A stretch of 64,000 bases of DNA, taken from positions 2,726 through 66,725 of the forward strand of contig JAGBHP010000006.1 of NCBI GenBank assembly GCA_017935435.1, read 5' to 3'. This DNA comes from Clostridia bacterium (GTDB lineage: Bacteria > Bacillota > Clostridia > UBA1381 > UBA9506). This document shows positions 1-7,787 of this stretch, piece by piece; within the stretch, counting starts at the first letter, position 1; every line of letters starts with the position of its first letter. Both the position numbers and the translations under genes were made by a program. Below the pieces are notes generated by a model, which worked only from the letters and a program-made list of their open reading frames with translations, had not been told where the DNA came from and made no database searches.

Positions 1-497
1 GAATTGTAAGATTGCATATTTTGGCAAACAGTAATTCAGCAGAGGATCAAAAATTAAAACTTAAAGTTCGTGACAGCTTGCTTTTGGCTGATGTTTTTAA
101 AGAAAAAGAGCCTGATTTAGCCCAAATATGCGAAATGGCAGATAAAATAATTAAAGAAAACGGAAAAAATTACACGTCGAAAGCTGAGCGTGGAAGATTT
201 TATTTTCCGACTAAAAGGTACGAAAATATTTCACTTCCTGCAGGTGAGTACGAGGCACTAAGGGTTGTGCTTGGAGAGGGAAAAGGCGAAAACTGGTGGT
301 GCGTTATGTATCCGCCCCTGTGCTTTGGCAAAAACGCAAGAGGGGAGCTTGATGAAAAAAGCGAAGAAGAGCTTAAAAAAATGCTTACAGAGGAAAGCTT
401 TAACCTTGTGTCAGGAAAAGAAATTCGCTTTGTTCCTGCATTTAAAACAGTTGAAATATGGCAGGAATTAAAGGAAAAATTTAAAAAAGGTGTATAA
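1..497 (+). CDS. spoIIR: stage II sporulation protein R, N-terminus cut by window edge
   Basis: Frame open back to nt 3. HILANSNSAEDQKLKLKVRD and GENWWCVMYPPLCF are SpoIIR hallmarks. Confidence 0.8.
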   Translation, partial: IVRLHILANSNSAEDQKLKLKVRDSLLLADVFKEKEPDLAQICEMADKIIKENGKNYTSKAERGRFYFPTKRYENISLPAGEYEALRVVLGEGKGENWWCVMYPPLCFGKNARGELDEKSEEELKKMLTEESFNLVSGKEIRFVPAFKTVEIWQELKEKFKKGV

Positions 498-531
498 ATT
501 GTAAAAAAATTAAAATAAAACCAAAAAACTA

Positions 532-560
532 TTGATTAATTTCGCCAAAAGCGGTATAAT
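532..560 (+). promoter_or_regulatory. sigma-A type promoter upstream of yajC
   Basis: TTGATT, 17-nt spacer, TATAAT, 45 nt before the yajC ATG. Confidence 0.6.
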
Positions 561-604
561 ATAATAGATTTTATATATATTACAAAAAATGGAGGTGTAA
601 CGTA

Positions 605-967
605 ATGATTTACGCTTTTGCAAATCCCGCACCGACAGCAGGCGCAGACGCAGCAGCTCAGGCAGCAGGTGAAGTTAGCCCTGTTATGGCAATGATAGTT
701 CAGTTTGCTCCGCTTATTCTCCTCGTTGTTGTTTTCTACTTTTTCTTAATCAGACCTCAGAGAAAAAAAGATAAAGAAAACAAGATGATGCTTGAAAGCT
801 TAAAGGTTGGCGATGAAATCTGCACAATCGGCGGTATCGTTGGAAAAATCGTAAGAATTAAAGACGAAAAGATTTATGTTGAAACAGGTCTTAAGGAAGA
901 TAAGTCTGTTGTTCTTATGGAACGTTGGGCAGTAAGAAATGTAATTAAACCTATTTCAGCTGATTAA
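605..967 (+). CDS. yajC: preprotein translocase subunit YajC
   Basis: Single TM helix followed by LIRPQRKK...GDEICTIGGIVGKIV, the YajC signature. GGAGG RBS. Confidence 0.9.
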   Translation: MIYAFANPAPTAGADAAAQAAGEVSPVMAMIVQFAPLILLVVVFYFFLIRPQRKKDKENKMMLESLKVGDEICTIGGIVGKIVRIKDEKIYVETGLKEDKSVVLMERWAVRNVIKPISAD

Positions 968-978
968 TTTTGTTCATA

Positions 979-1036
979 AACCTACCTGCGCGTGAATATG
1001 CTTTAACAAAAAGAATTTTCGCTTTGGAGGTAGGTT
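979..1036 (+). promoter_or_regulatory. hairpin that pairs with the Shine-Dalgarno region of the next gene
   Basis: AACCTACCT (979-987) is the perfect complement of AGGTAGGTT (1028-1036). The second arm overlaps the GGAGG RBS and abuts the ATG at 1037. Confidence 0.35.
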
Positions 1037-1456
1037 ATGTATAAAAATGAAAGTGTAGCTATAAAGGAAACCAAAATACAGGGTAGTTTTGCGGTGTTTT
1101 TTAAGGCAGTTTTTGCCTCTGTTTTATTTACTGCAGCAGTATTTTTAGTGTTTTCACTTTTGGTGTGTTATACGCCGCTGTCTTGCGAGTGTATTCCTTT
1201 TGTTTCGCTTTTTGTTATGGTGCTGAGTGTGCTTTTGTGCGCATCTATTGTCTGCCGAAATGCAAAAAGCCGAGGCTATCTTAAAGGAGCTTTGGCAGGT
1301 TTTAGCTACGTTTTCATAATTTACTTAGTTTCCGCCTTGTGGGGCGGTGGTCTTTACTTTAATGCTTACAGTCTGCTTTTGGTGTTTTTAGGAATTTTTG
1401 TCGGAAGCATCGGCGGAATTTTAGGCATTAATATGAAAGACAGACGCAGAAGATAA
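1037..1456 (+). CDS. small polytopic membrane protein (TIGR04086-like)
   Basis: 139 aa with about four hydrophobic helices. Lies between yajC and SCIFF, as in many Clostridia. Confidence 0.5.
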   Translation: MYKNESVAIKETKIQGSFAVFFKAVFASVLFTAAVFLVFSLLVCYTPLSCECIPFVSLFVMVLSVLLCASIVCRNAKSRGYLKGALAGFSYVFIIYLVSALWGGGLYFNAYSLLLVFLGIFVGSIGGILGINMKDRRRR

Positions 1457-1475
1457 TTTTTTGGAGGTGTATACC

Positions 1476-1616
1476 ATGAAACATATCAAAACAGTTAAAA
1501 AAGCTTGTTTAAAAGAAAGCGCAAAGCGCGGCGGCTGCGGAGAATGTCAAACATCTTGTCAGTCAGCTTGTAAGACATCTTGCACAGTAGCTAACCAGAA
1601 GTGCGAAAGATTATAA
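1476..1616 (+). CDS. SCIFF six-cysteine ranthipeptide precursor (46 aa, absent from ORF track)
   Basis: MKHIKTVKKACLKESAKRGGCGECQTSCQSACKTSCTVANQKCERL. GGAGG RBS 8 nt upstream. The GGCGECQTSCQSACKTSC core is the family signature. Confidence 0.9.
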   Translation: MKHIKTVKKACLKESAKRGGCGECQTSCQSACKTSCTVANQKCERL

Positions 1617-1720
1617 GAACTATGTGGGCGAACAAAAAATGCGTATACCACGCAAAGCGTTAAAAAGTTTTGCAAAGTAGTTGGATAGAATAAACCATTT
1701 AAGCTATTCAAAATTAAAGG

Positions 1721-1750
1721 AAGAAATTCGTTGCAAAACGAATTTCTTTT
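1721..1750 (+). terminator. intrinsic-terminator-like hairpin after the SCIFF precursor
   Basis: AAGAAATTCGTT-GCAA-AACGAATTTCTT followed by TT. Confidence 0.5.
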
Positions 1751-1854
1751 GCAATAAAGCTTTGCGTTTTGAACAAACTTCGCCTCTCGCGGTACCTTTG
1801 TACAGCGTCGGGACTCAGTTTGTCCAATCTACGCTATTTTTAGTCCGCCCAAGA

Positions 1855-1887
1855 AGAGGGGTTGTAGCATTTTGCTACAACCCCTCT
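1855..1887 (+). other. perfect 15-bp hairpin just upstream of the maturase RBS
   Basis: AGAGGGGTTGTAGCA-TTT-TGCTACAACCCCTCT with no U-tract. The AAGGAG RBS follows about 12 nt later. Confidence 0.5.
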
Positions 1888-1914
1888 AAATGCTTGTTAA
1901 GGAGTCGTTATCAA

Positions 1915-3294
1915 ATGATACATAAATTTACTATCGACAACACCAATATCGTTTTAGACGTACACAGCGGCGCTGTGCACGAGGTTGACGATATTGTTAT
2001 GGATATACTCGATTTTTTAGGGGAAAATCGTCCGGAAACCGAAATTGCACCTAACGCTTTGATTGAAAAATTAAGCGGAAAATATTCCGAGCAGGATATT
2101 AAGGATGCATACTCAGACATTTTTGAGCTTACAGAAGAAGAAATGCTTTTTACTGACGATGATTATGCAGAAGAAGCAGGTAGAGTTAAGAAAAATTCTG
2201 TTATTAAAGCGCTTTGTCTTCATATTGCGCACGATTGCAATTTGAGATGTCAGTACTGCTTTGCAGGTGAGGGCAATTACTGCGGTGAAAGAAGTCTTAT
2301 GCCGCTCGAGGTCGGCGAAAAGGCGATTGATTTTGTTATTGAAAACTCAGGAAACCGCAAAAATATTGAGGTTGACTTTTTTGGCGGAGAACCGCTTTTA
2401 AACTTTGACGTGGTTAAAGGTATTGTTAGTTACGCACGTAAAAGAGAAAAAGAAACGGGCAAGCATTTCCGTTTTACAATCACCACCAACGGAATTTTGC
2501 TTGACGAGGATAAAAAGAAATATATTAATGAAAATATGTCAAACATCGTGCTCAGCTTAGACGGCAGAAAAGAAGTAAATGACCGTATGAGAAGAAGAGT
2601 TGACGGCACTGGCTGTTATGATGCGATTGTGGACAAATTTATTGATATGGCAGAGTCAAGAAATCAGGATAATTACTATATAAGAGGAACTTTTACAAAA
2701 TATAATCTTGATTTTGGAAACGATGTTTTGCACTTTGCGGATTTAGGCTTTAAGCAGATGTCGGTTGAGCCTGTCGTTGCAGAAAAAACTGAGCCTTATG
2801 CCCTTACAGAAGATGATTTGGAAACAATCAACAAAGAATACGAACGCTTGGCGGTCGAATACATAAAAAGAAGAAAAGAAGGCAAGGGCTTCAACTTTTT
2901 CCACTTTATGATTGACTTAGACGGCGGACCTTGCGTTTTAAAACGTATTTCAGGATGCGGTGCAGGTCACGAATATGTTGCAATTACGCCTGACGGCGAT
3001 ATTTATCCGTGCCATCAGTTTGTAGGCGGAAATGAAGAGCTTAAAATGGGTAACGTGTTTGAAGGAACGCTGAATCAGGAAATAAAAGAAACATTCCAAA
3101 GCTCTAATGTATATACTAAGCCATCGTGTAAGGAATGTTTTTCAAAATTCTATTGCTCGGGCGGATGTCCTGCAAATGCATATAAATATTGCGGTGATAT
3201 TAATACTCCGCTTGAAATTACCTGCAAATTGCAGAGAATGAGAACCGAGTGTGCACTTTATTGTGCAGTAAAGTTAAGAGAATTAAGCGAATAA
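1915..3294 (+). CDS. SCIFF radical SAM maturase (SPASM-domain thioether synthase)
   Basis: CNLRCQYC radical-SAM motif, C-terminal Cys clusters (CGAG..C, CKEC..CSGGC), adjacent to SCIFF. ATG 1915 with AAGGAG RBS chosen over the track start at 1681. Confidence 0.9.
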   Translation: MIHKFTIDNTNIVLDVHSGAVHEVDDIVMDILDFLGENRPETEIAPNALIEKLSGKYSEQDIKDAYSDIFELTEEEMLFTDDDYAEEAGRVKKNSVIKALCLHIAHDCNLRCQYCFAGEGNYCGERSLMPLEVGEKAIDFVIENSGNRKNIEVDFFGGEPLLNFDVVKGIVSYARKREKETGKHFRFTITTNGILLDEDKKKYINENMSNIVLSLDGRKEVNDRMRRRVDGTGCYDAIVDKFIDMAESRNQDNYYIRGTFTKYNLDFGNDVLHFADLGFKQMSVEPVVAEKTEPYALTEDDLETINKEYERLAVEYIKRRKEGKGFNFFHFMIDLDGGPCVLKRISGCGAGHEYVAITPDGDIYPCHQFVGGNEELKMGNVFEGTLNQEIKETFQSSNVYTKPSCKECFSKFYCSGGCPANAYKYCGDINTPLEITCKLQRMRTECALYCAVKLRELSE

Positions 3295-3307
3295 AAGGTA
3301 TATTAAC

Positions 3308-3347
3308 AAAAGTGTCGCATTGGTGTTTGCGACACTTTTGTTTTTTT
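3308..3347. terminator. bidirectional terminator between the maturase and dus
   Basis: AAAAGTGTCGCA-loop-TGCGACACTTTT followed by a T-run. Confidence 0.8.
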
Positions 3348-3353
3348 ATGTAA

Positions 3354-4283
3354 TTAATATTTTAATTCAGGCAGGCACTCAACCGCATTTAAAAAATCAC
3401 GCATAAAATTTGCTTTTTTTATAGCTTTTGTAATCTTTTTTTCATCGGGAAAATTTTTCATAACGTAAAGACCGATTTCTTTCATTTTATTAAGAGTATA
3501 TCTGTCCGAATTTAAAAGCGCAGAATAATCCTCGCTGAGTTTTTTTAAAAATCTTACGAGCTCGTATGTTTTGAGATTATCCCCTCCACGCAGAACTCGA
3601 AAAAGTGCAGGATTTATAACTGCGCCTCTTCCAATCATAGCCGATTTAAGCTCGGGATAAGCCGATTTAATCCTTAAAAAATCTTCTTTTGAAAAGATGT
3701 CGCCATTATAGCACACATTGTTTTTAGATTCGCTATACGCCTTTTTAAAGCACTCCATATTCGGCTCGCCGTTATAGTAGTTAGCTCTTGCTCGTGGGTG
3801 AATAATTAAAAGCTTTAGCGGATATTTATTATAAACCTCCATAAGCTTTTCCATTTCGTCGCCCGAGTCAAAGCCAATTCTTGTTTTTACGCTGACTTTT
3901 AAACTCGTTTTTTCAAAAATTTCATACAAAACCCTGTCGAGCCTTTCGGGAAAGCGCAAAAAACCTGCGCCCCTGTCCTTTTTAACAACCGTACCCGAAG
4001 GACAGCCGAAGTTTAAATTAACCTCCGAAAAACCCACCTCTTTTATTCTTTCCTCAAAGTGGAAAAAAGCCTCCGATGTGTTTACAAGCGTCTGTGGCAC
4101 AAGGTTTATGTCTTTATTTTTTTCGGGAACAATATCCCTTAAGCTTTTAATTGAAACACGCTCATTTTCGCTCGGTGTTATAAAGGGCGCAAAGTAGCTG
4201 TCGCATCCGCCGAAAATTTCATTATGCGCATTTCTGTAAATATAAGATGTAATGCCCTCTAAGGGCGCAAAAAATAAATTCAT
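3354..4283 (-). CDS. tRNA-dihydrouridine synthase family protein
   Basis: Dus/FMN TIM-barrel motifs: LAPLEGIT, NLNFGCP, HPR. Confidence 0.8.
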   Translation of the reverse strand: MNLFFAPLEGITSYIYRNAHNEIFGGCDSYFAPFITPSENERVSIKSLRDIVPEKNKDINLVPQTLVNTSEAFFHFEERIKEVGFSEVNLNFGCPSGTVVKKDRGAGFLRFPERLDRVLYEIFEKTSLKVSVKTRIGFDSGDEMEKLMEVYNKYPLKLLIIHPRARANYYNGEPNMECFKKAYSESKNNVCYNGDIFSKEDFLRIKSAYPELKSAMIGRGAVINPALFRVLRGGDNLKTYELVRFLKKLSEDYSALLNSDRYTLNKMKEIGLYVMKNFPDEKKITKAIKKANFMRDFLNAVECLPELKY

Positions 4284-4482
4284 ATTTTCACCTTTTAAAG
4301 TATTTTCACAAAAGTATTATATAACTTTTATATTACTTCGTCAACATTTTTTAGAATTGGTCGCAATTTTTACAAAAAGGCTAATTTTTGAACACAAATA
4401 TCAAAAAAAGATTGTTGACGCACTGTTTTTTCTTTGATAAAATTATACCATAATAAAATTTTTATAAGGAGAAACGGCTAAT

Positions 4483-5673
4483 ATGACACTTAATGACGCT
4501 TACAAAATTTGTTGTGAAAAAACAAAACTTCATATGAAGAAAAACGCAGGACTTTTAATTGCTCCAACCGAATCATTTACGGCAGATTATTATGACGATG
4601 CTAAAAAATGCGACTTTGCAGGAAACCGTTGGGTATGGCTTAACTCTATGATTACAGGTATGGTTTCGATTTATGCGCAAACGGAGAACGATTTAGATGC
4701 GATTAAGTCAAACAATGAATTTAAAAAGGACTATCACGACAAGGTTTTTGTTTTATATACACAGACAATGCACGATATTGGCTTTTTATATATCCCTTAT
4801 TCTGTACATATGTATCAGTTAACGGGTGATGTTTCGCACCGTGACACGGCGCTAAAAGCTGCTGATGAGCTTGCAAAACGCTTTAACCCGAGAGGTCGTT
4901 TTATCGAGGCTTGGGATGATATGAATATGGAAAAACGTGAATGCAGAATGATTGTGGATTCATCAATGAACGTTCCGCTTCTTTTCTGGGCATGGCAGGA
5001 AACAGGACATTATTTTTATCGTGATATTGCAGATTGCCACTTAGAAACCATTATCAAAACCTTAGTGCGTGATGATTATTCTGTTGCTCACGCATGGTTT
5101 TTTGATAGCGCAACAGGTGAGCCAACACTTGAGGCAAATTCGTGCGGCTTTGCAAACGGCTCGTTCTGGGCAAGAGGAACGGCATGGCTCGTTTTTGGTC
5201 TCGCTATGGCATATTCTTATACGAAAAATGAATATTATTTAGAGGTTGCAACAAAGGTGGGCGAAAAATATCTCGATTCGTTAGCTGAAAGCCCCGTTCC
5301 TGTGTGGGATTTCAGGCTTCCTGAAGATAAGCCTGCAAAAATCTGCTCGAATATGCGTGGTGACGTTTTAACGTGGGACGAATCTGATCCCAAAAATATG
5401 ATTTACAATGTAGATACGTCTGCAGCTGCCATTATGGCGTGCGGCTTTGAGCTTATAAACTCATTTAAGCAAAACGAAAGATTTGAAAAATATGTAGACG
5501 ATGCGCTTGCGGTTTTATCAAACGAATACTTAAATACGGACACAACAAAAACCGCATTACTAAGAGCATCGAACGGAAGAAACGGCTACACAATATATGG
5601 TGATTACTACTATATGCTTGCGCTTAGCGTAAAGCTTTATAATATCAAAAGCCCTTGGGGAAGCATTAAATAA
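4483..5673 (+). CDS. glycoside hydrolase family 88 (unsaturated glucuronyl hydrolase-like), cytoplasmic
   Basis: HDIGFLY, NVPLLFWA, ARGTAWLVFG, VWDF and GDYYY blocks resemble Bacillus UGL. No signal peptide. Confidence 0.75.
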   Translation: MTLNDAYKICCEKTKLHMKKNAGLLIAPTESFTADYYDDAKKCDFAGNRWVWLNSMITGMVSIYAQTENDLDAIKSNNEFKKDYHDKVFVLYTQTMHDIGFLYIPYSVHMYQLTGDVSHRDTALKAADELAKRFNPRGRFIEAWDDMNMEKRECRMIVDSSMNVPLLFWAWQETGHYFYRDIADCHLETIIKTLVRDDYSVAHAWFFDSATGEPTLEANSCGFANGSFWARGTAWLVFGLAMAYSYTKNEYYLEVATKVGEKYLDSLAESPVPVWDFRLPEDKPAKICSNMRGDVLTWDESDPKNMIYNVDTSAAAIMACGFELINSFKQNERFEKYVDDALAVLSNEYLNTDTTKTALLRASNGRNGYTIYGDYYYMLALSVKLYNIKSPWGSIK

Positions 5674-5680
5674 GAGAATC

Positions 5681-5715
5681 AAAAAGTCCTGAAAAATAAT
5701 TTTCGGGACTTTTTT
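5681..5715 (+). terminator. intrinsic terminator after GH88
   Basis: AAAAAGTCC...GGGACTTTTTT. Confidence 0.75.
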
Positions 5716-5791
5716 ATCTTTTGCTCTTGTAAATATTATGAAAATGTTATAAAATATAGTAGATATAAAAATTTTAAGGAGTGGTTTTATA

Positions 5792-7018
5792 ATGGCAAAT
5801 GCAGTAGTAGGTCAGTCAGGCGGACCTTCAGTTGCAATTAACTCAAGCTTGGCAGGTGTTTTTAAGGGTGCGCTTGAAAATCCTGCAATAGATAAAATTT
5901 ATGGTATGGTAAACGGTCTTCAGGGACTTTTAGAAGAACATTTAACACTTCTTACCGACTCAATTAAAGACGAAAATGATTTAGAGCTTTTAAGACGCAC
6001 GCCTGCATCTTTCCTCGGCTCATGCAGATACAAGCTTCCAAAGCTTGACTCAGGCAGCGACGTTTTTGAAAAGGTAATTTCTATTTTAAATAAATATGAT
6101 ATTAAATATTTCTTCTATATTGGTGGTAACGATTCTATGGATACCGTTATGAAGCTTTCAAACTATGCTAAAGAAAATGGAATTACCGATATTAAATTTG
6201 TCGGCGTTCCCAAAACAATAGATAATGACTTAGTTGCAACAGACCACACTCCGGGATTTGGTAGTGCTGCAAAATATATTGCAACAACGGTTAAGGAAAT
6301 TTCACGTGACAGCTTTGTTTATGATACATATTCTGTTACGATAATTGAGATTATGGGAAGAAACGCAGGCTGGCTCACCGCAGCATCAAGCCTTGCTCGT
6401 GGCGAAGATATGGACGCTCCTGACCTTATTTATTTACCTGAATGTAACTTTGATTTTGATAAATTCATTGATGACGTGAAAAAAGTTGCAGCTAAGAAGA
6501 AAAACGTTATTGTTACTGTTTCTGAAGGTATTCATACCGCAGACGGAAAATACGTTTGTGAAGCCGTTTCGAGCGGTACTGCTGATGCTTTCGGTCACAA
6601 ATACTTAGGCGGAACTGCAAGATTTTTAGAAGACCTCGTTCGTGACCGCTTAGGCTATAAGGCTCGTGGAATTGAGCTTAATATCCCACAAAGATGCGCT
6701 GCTCACATTTCTTCTATGACAGACCTTGACGAAGCAATGCAGGTAGGTATTAAGGCAGTTGAAGCAGCAGTAAGCGGCAAAACGGGTATTATGATGGCTT
6801 ACGTGCGCAAGTCAAACGCTCCTTATACAATAGACTTTGAAGCTCTTGATGTAAATAATATCGCAAATGCAGAAAAGGTTATTCCTAAAGAATGGATTAA
6901 TGCAGATGAAAACGATGTTACTCAGGATTTTATCGATTATGCTTATCCGCTCATTCAGGGTGAGGTAACCATTCCTTATAAAAACGGTCTGCCGGTACAT
7001 CTTGTTTTAAAGAAATAA
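5792..7018 (+). CDS. pfk: 6-phosphofructokinase, long PFK-family type (possibly PPi-dependent)
   Basis: GGNDSMDT, PKTIDNDL and MGRNAGWL PFK motifs; 408 aa. Confidence 0.85.
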   Translation: MANAVVGQSGGPSVAINSSLAGVFKGALENPAIDKIYGMVNGLQGLLEEHLTLLTDSIKDENDLELLRRTPASFLGSCRYKLPKLDSGSDVFEKVISILNKYDIKYFFYIGGNDSMDTVMKLSNYAKENGITDIKFVGVPKTIDNDLVATDHTPGFGSAAKYIATTVKEISRDSFVYDTYSVTIIEIMGRNAGWLTAASSLARGEDMDAPDLIYLPECNFDFDKFIDDVKKVAAKKKNVIVTVSEGIHTADGKYVCEAVSSGTADAFGHKYLGGTARFLEDLVRDRLGYKARGIELNIPQRCAAHISSMTDLDEAMQVGIKAVEAAVSGKTGIMMAYVRKSNAPYTIDFEALDVNNIANAEKVIPKEWINADENDVTQDFIDYAYPLIQGEVTIPYKNGLPVHLVLKK

Positions 7019-7042
7019 TAAAAATTTAATAATTAATTTTTT

Positions 7043-7078
7043 AAATGAGTTCGGTGCTTTGCCGAACTCATTTTGTTT
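7043..7078 (+). terminator. intrinsic terminator after pfk
   Basis: AATGAGTTCGG-loop-CCGAACTCATT followed by TTTGTTT. Confidence 0.8.
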
Positions 7079-7087
7079 GGTCGCGAA

Positions 7088-7342
7088 CGTAGGGGAGGAT
7101 ATTATCCGCCCGAACAAAACATCGAAATGACTTAAACGGGCGGATGAAGGCATCCGCCCCTACGTTGCAGCCGCTGATTTTTCGGTTATGTTGTAGGGAA
7201 TGGATTTATCCATTCCGCCTGTATTGTTGTCAATAGCAGAAGGCATAAATGCCTTCCCTGTAATTTTTGCCGTAATACTGCTGTCTGTATTGTAGGGGCG
7301 GTTCACGAACCGCCCACGGGCAAATCGTGATTTGCCCCTACA
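7088..7342. repeat. REP/BIME-like cluster of GTAG-headed GC-rich palindromic units (units A1-A3)
   Basis: cGTAGGGG...CCCCTACg (7088-7164). TGTAGG[GAATGGA/TCCATTC]...[GAAGGCA/TGCCTTC]CCTGTA (7192-7262). TGTAG[GGGCGGTTC/GAACCGCCC]a[CGGGCAAATC/GATTTGCCC]CTACA (7291-7342). Confidence 0.8.
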
Positions 7343-7395
7343 AAGTTCAATCGTTTGTTATTACATAAATTGGGATTTAACTGTCGGTTAAGCGT

Positions 7396-7548
7396 AGCCT
7401 CCACTGTACCCAATGGGGCAGGCTCTGTAAGGGGAGGTGGGTTTTGCAAAGCAAAACTCGGAGGGGTTGTTATTAAAATACGGTCGTTGATACAAAAACA
7501 ACCCCTCAGTCACCTTTCGGTGACAGCTCCCCTTACACAGGGGAGCCT
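7396..7548 (+). repeat. four-helix junction module, copy 1 (possible structured RNA or ssDNA element)
   Basis: P1 GTAAGGGGAG/CTCCCCTTAC. P2 GGGTTTTGC/GCAAAACTC. P3 GAGGGGTTGTT/AACAACCCCTC. P4 GTCACC/GGTGAC. A second copy lies inverted at 11455-11588. Confidence 0.7.
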
Positions 7549-7563
7549 GTCGCTCTACCAAAC

Positions 7564-7597
7564 GTTAGTGCGTTAAATTGGAATTTAACGCACTAAC
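7564..7597. repeat. 34-nt palindrome with perfect 16-nt arms
   Basis: GTTAGTGCGTTAAATT-GG-AATTTAACGCACTAAC. Contains the recurring AAATTGGRATTTAAC motif. Confidence 0.85.
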
Positions 7598-7610
7598 ATT
7601 TGGTCGTGTT

Positions 7611-7787
7611 TGTAGGGGAGCCCCTCTGTGGGCTCCCGCGGGCGGGCACAGAGACCCGCCCCTACTCAACCAACAGGTAAATTGGGATTTAACGTACGAA
7701 CATTTTGGTGAGATTTGTAGGGGACGGCCTCCCGGACGTCCCTTTTGCATTTAATTTTCTCGGGAGGGCGCAGAGACCCTCCCCTAC
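7611..7787. repeat. REP/BIME-like units A4-A5
   Basis: TGTAG[GGGAGCCC/GGGCTCCC]gc[GGGCGGG/CCCGCCC]CTAC. TGTAG[GGGACG/CGTCCC]...[GGGAGGG/CCCTCCC]CTAC. Confidence 0.8.

Noticed and set aside
1681-1914. Upstream extension of the radical-SAM ORF (track start 1681)
   Set aside because: The extension starts at a TTG without an RBS, runs through two strong hairpins and encodes low-complexity sequence. ATG 1915 has an AAGGAG RBS and gives a typical maturase length of about 460 aa.
7396-7548. Assigning a transcribed strand to the four-helix module from G-U wobble pairs
   Set aside because: Copy 1 has one G-T pair when read on the window plus strand. Copy 2 is inverted and also has its single G-T pair on the window plus strand. 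The two copies therefore point to opposite module strands, so the evidence cancels. A DNA-level (ssDNA) structure is equally compatible.
7355-7750. Track ORFs 7355..7576 (+) and 7565..7750 (-) inside the first repeat island
   Set aside because: They have no RBS and are composed entirely of palindromic repeat units. The homologous ORF in the second island (11406..11636) reads the shared module in a different frame in its second half. Differences between copies are compensatory stem changes rather than synonymous changes. They are translated repeats, not genes.
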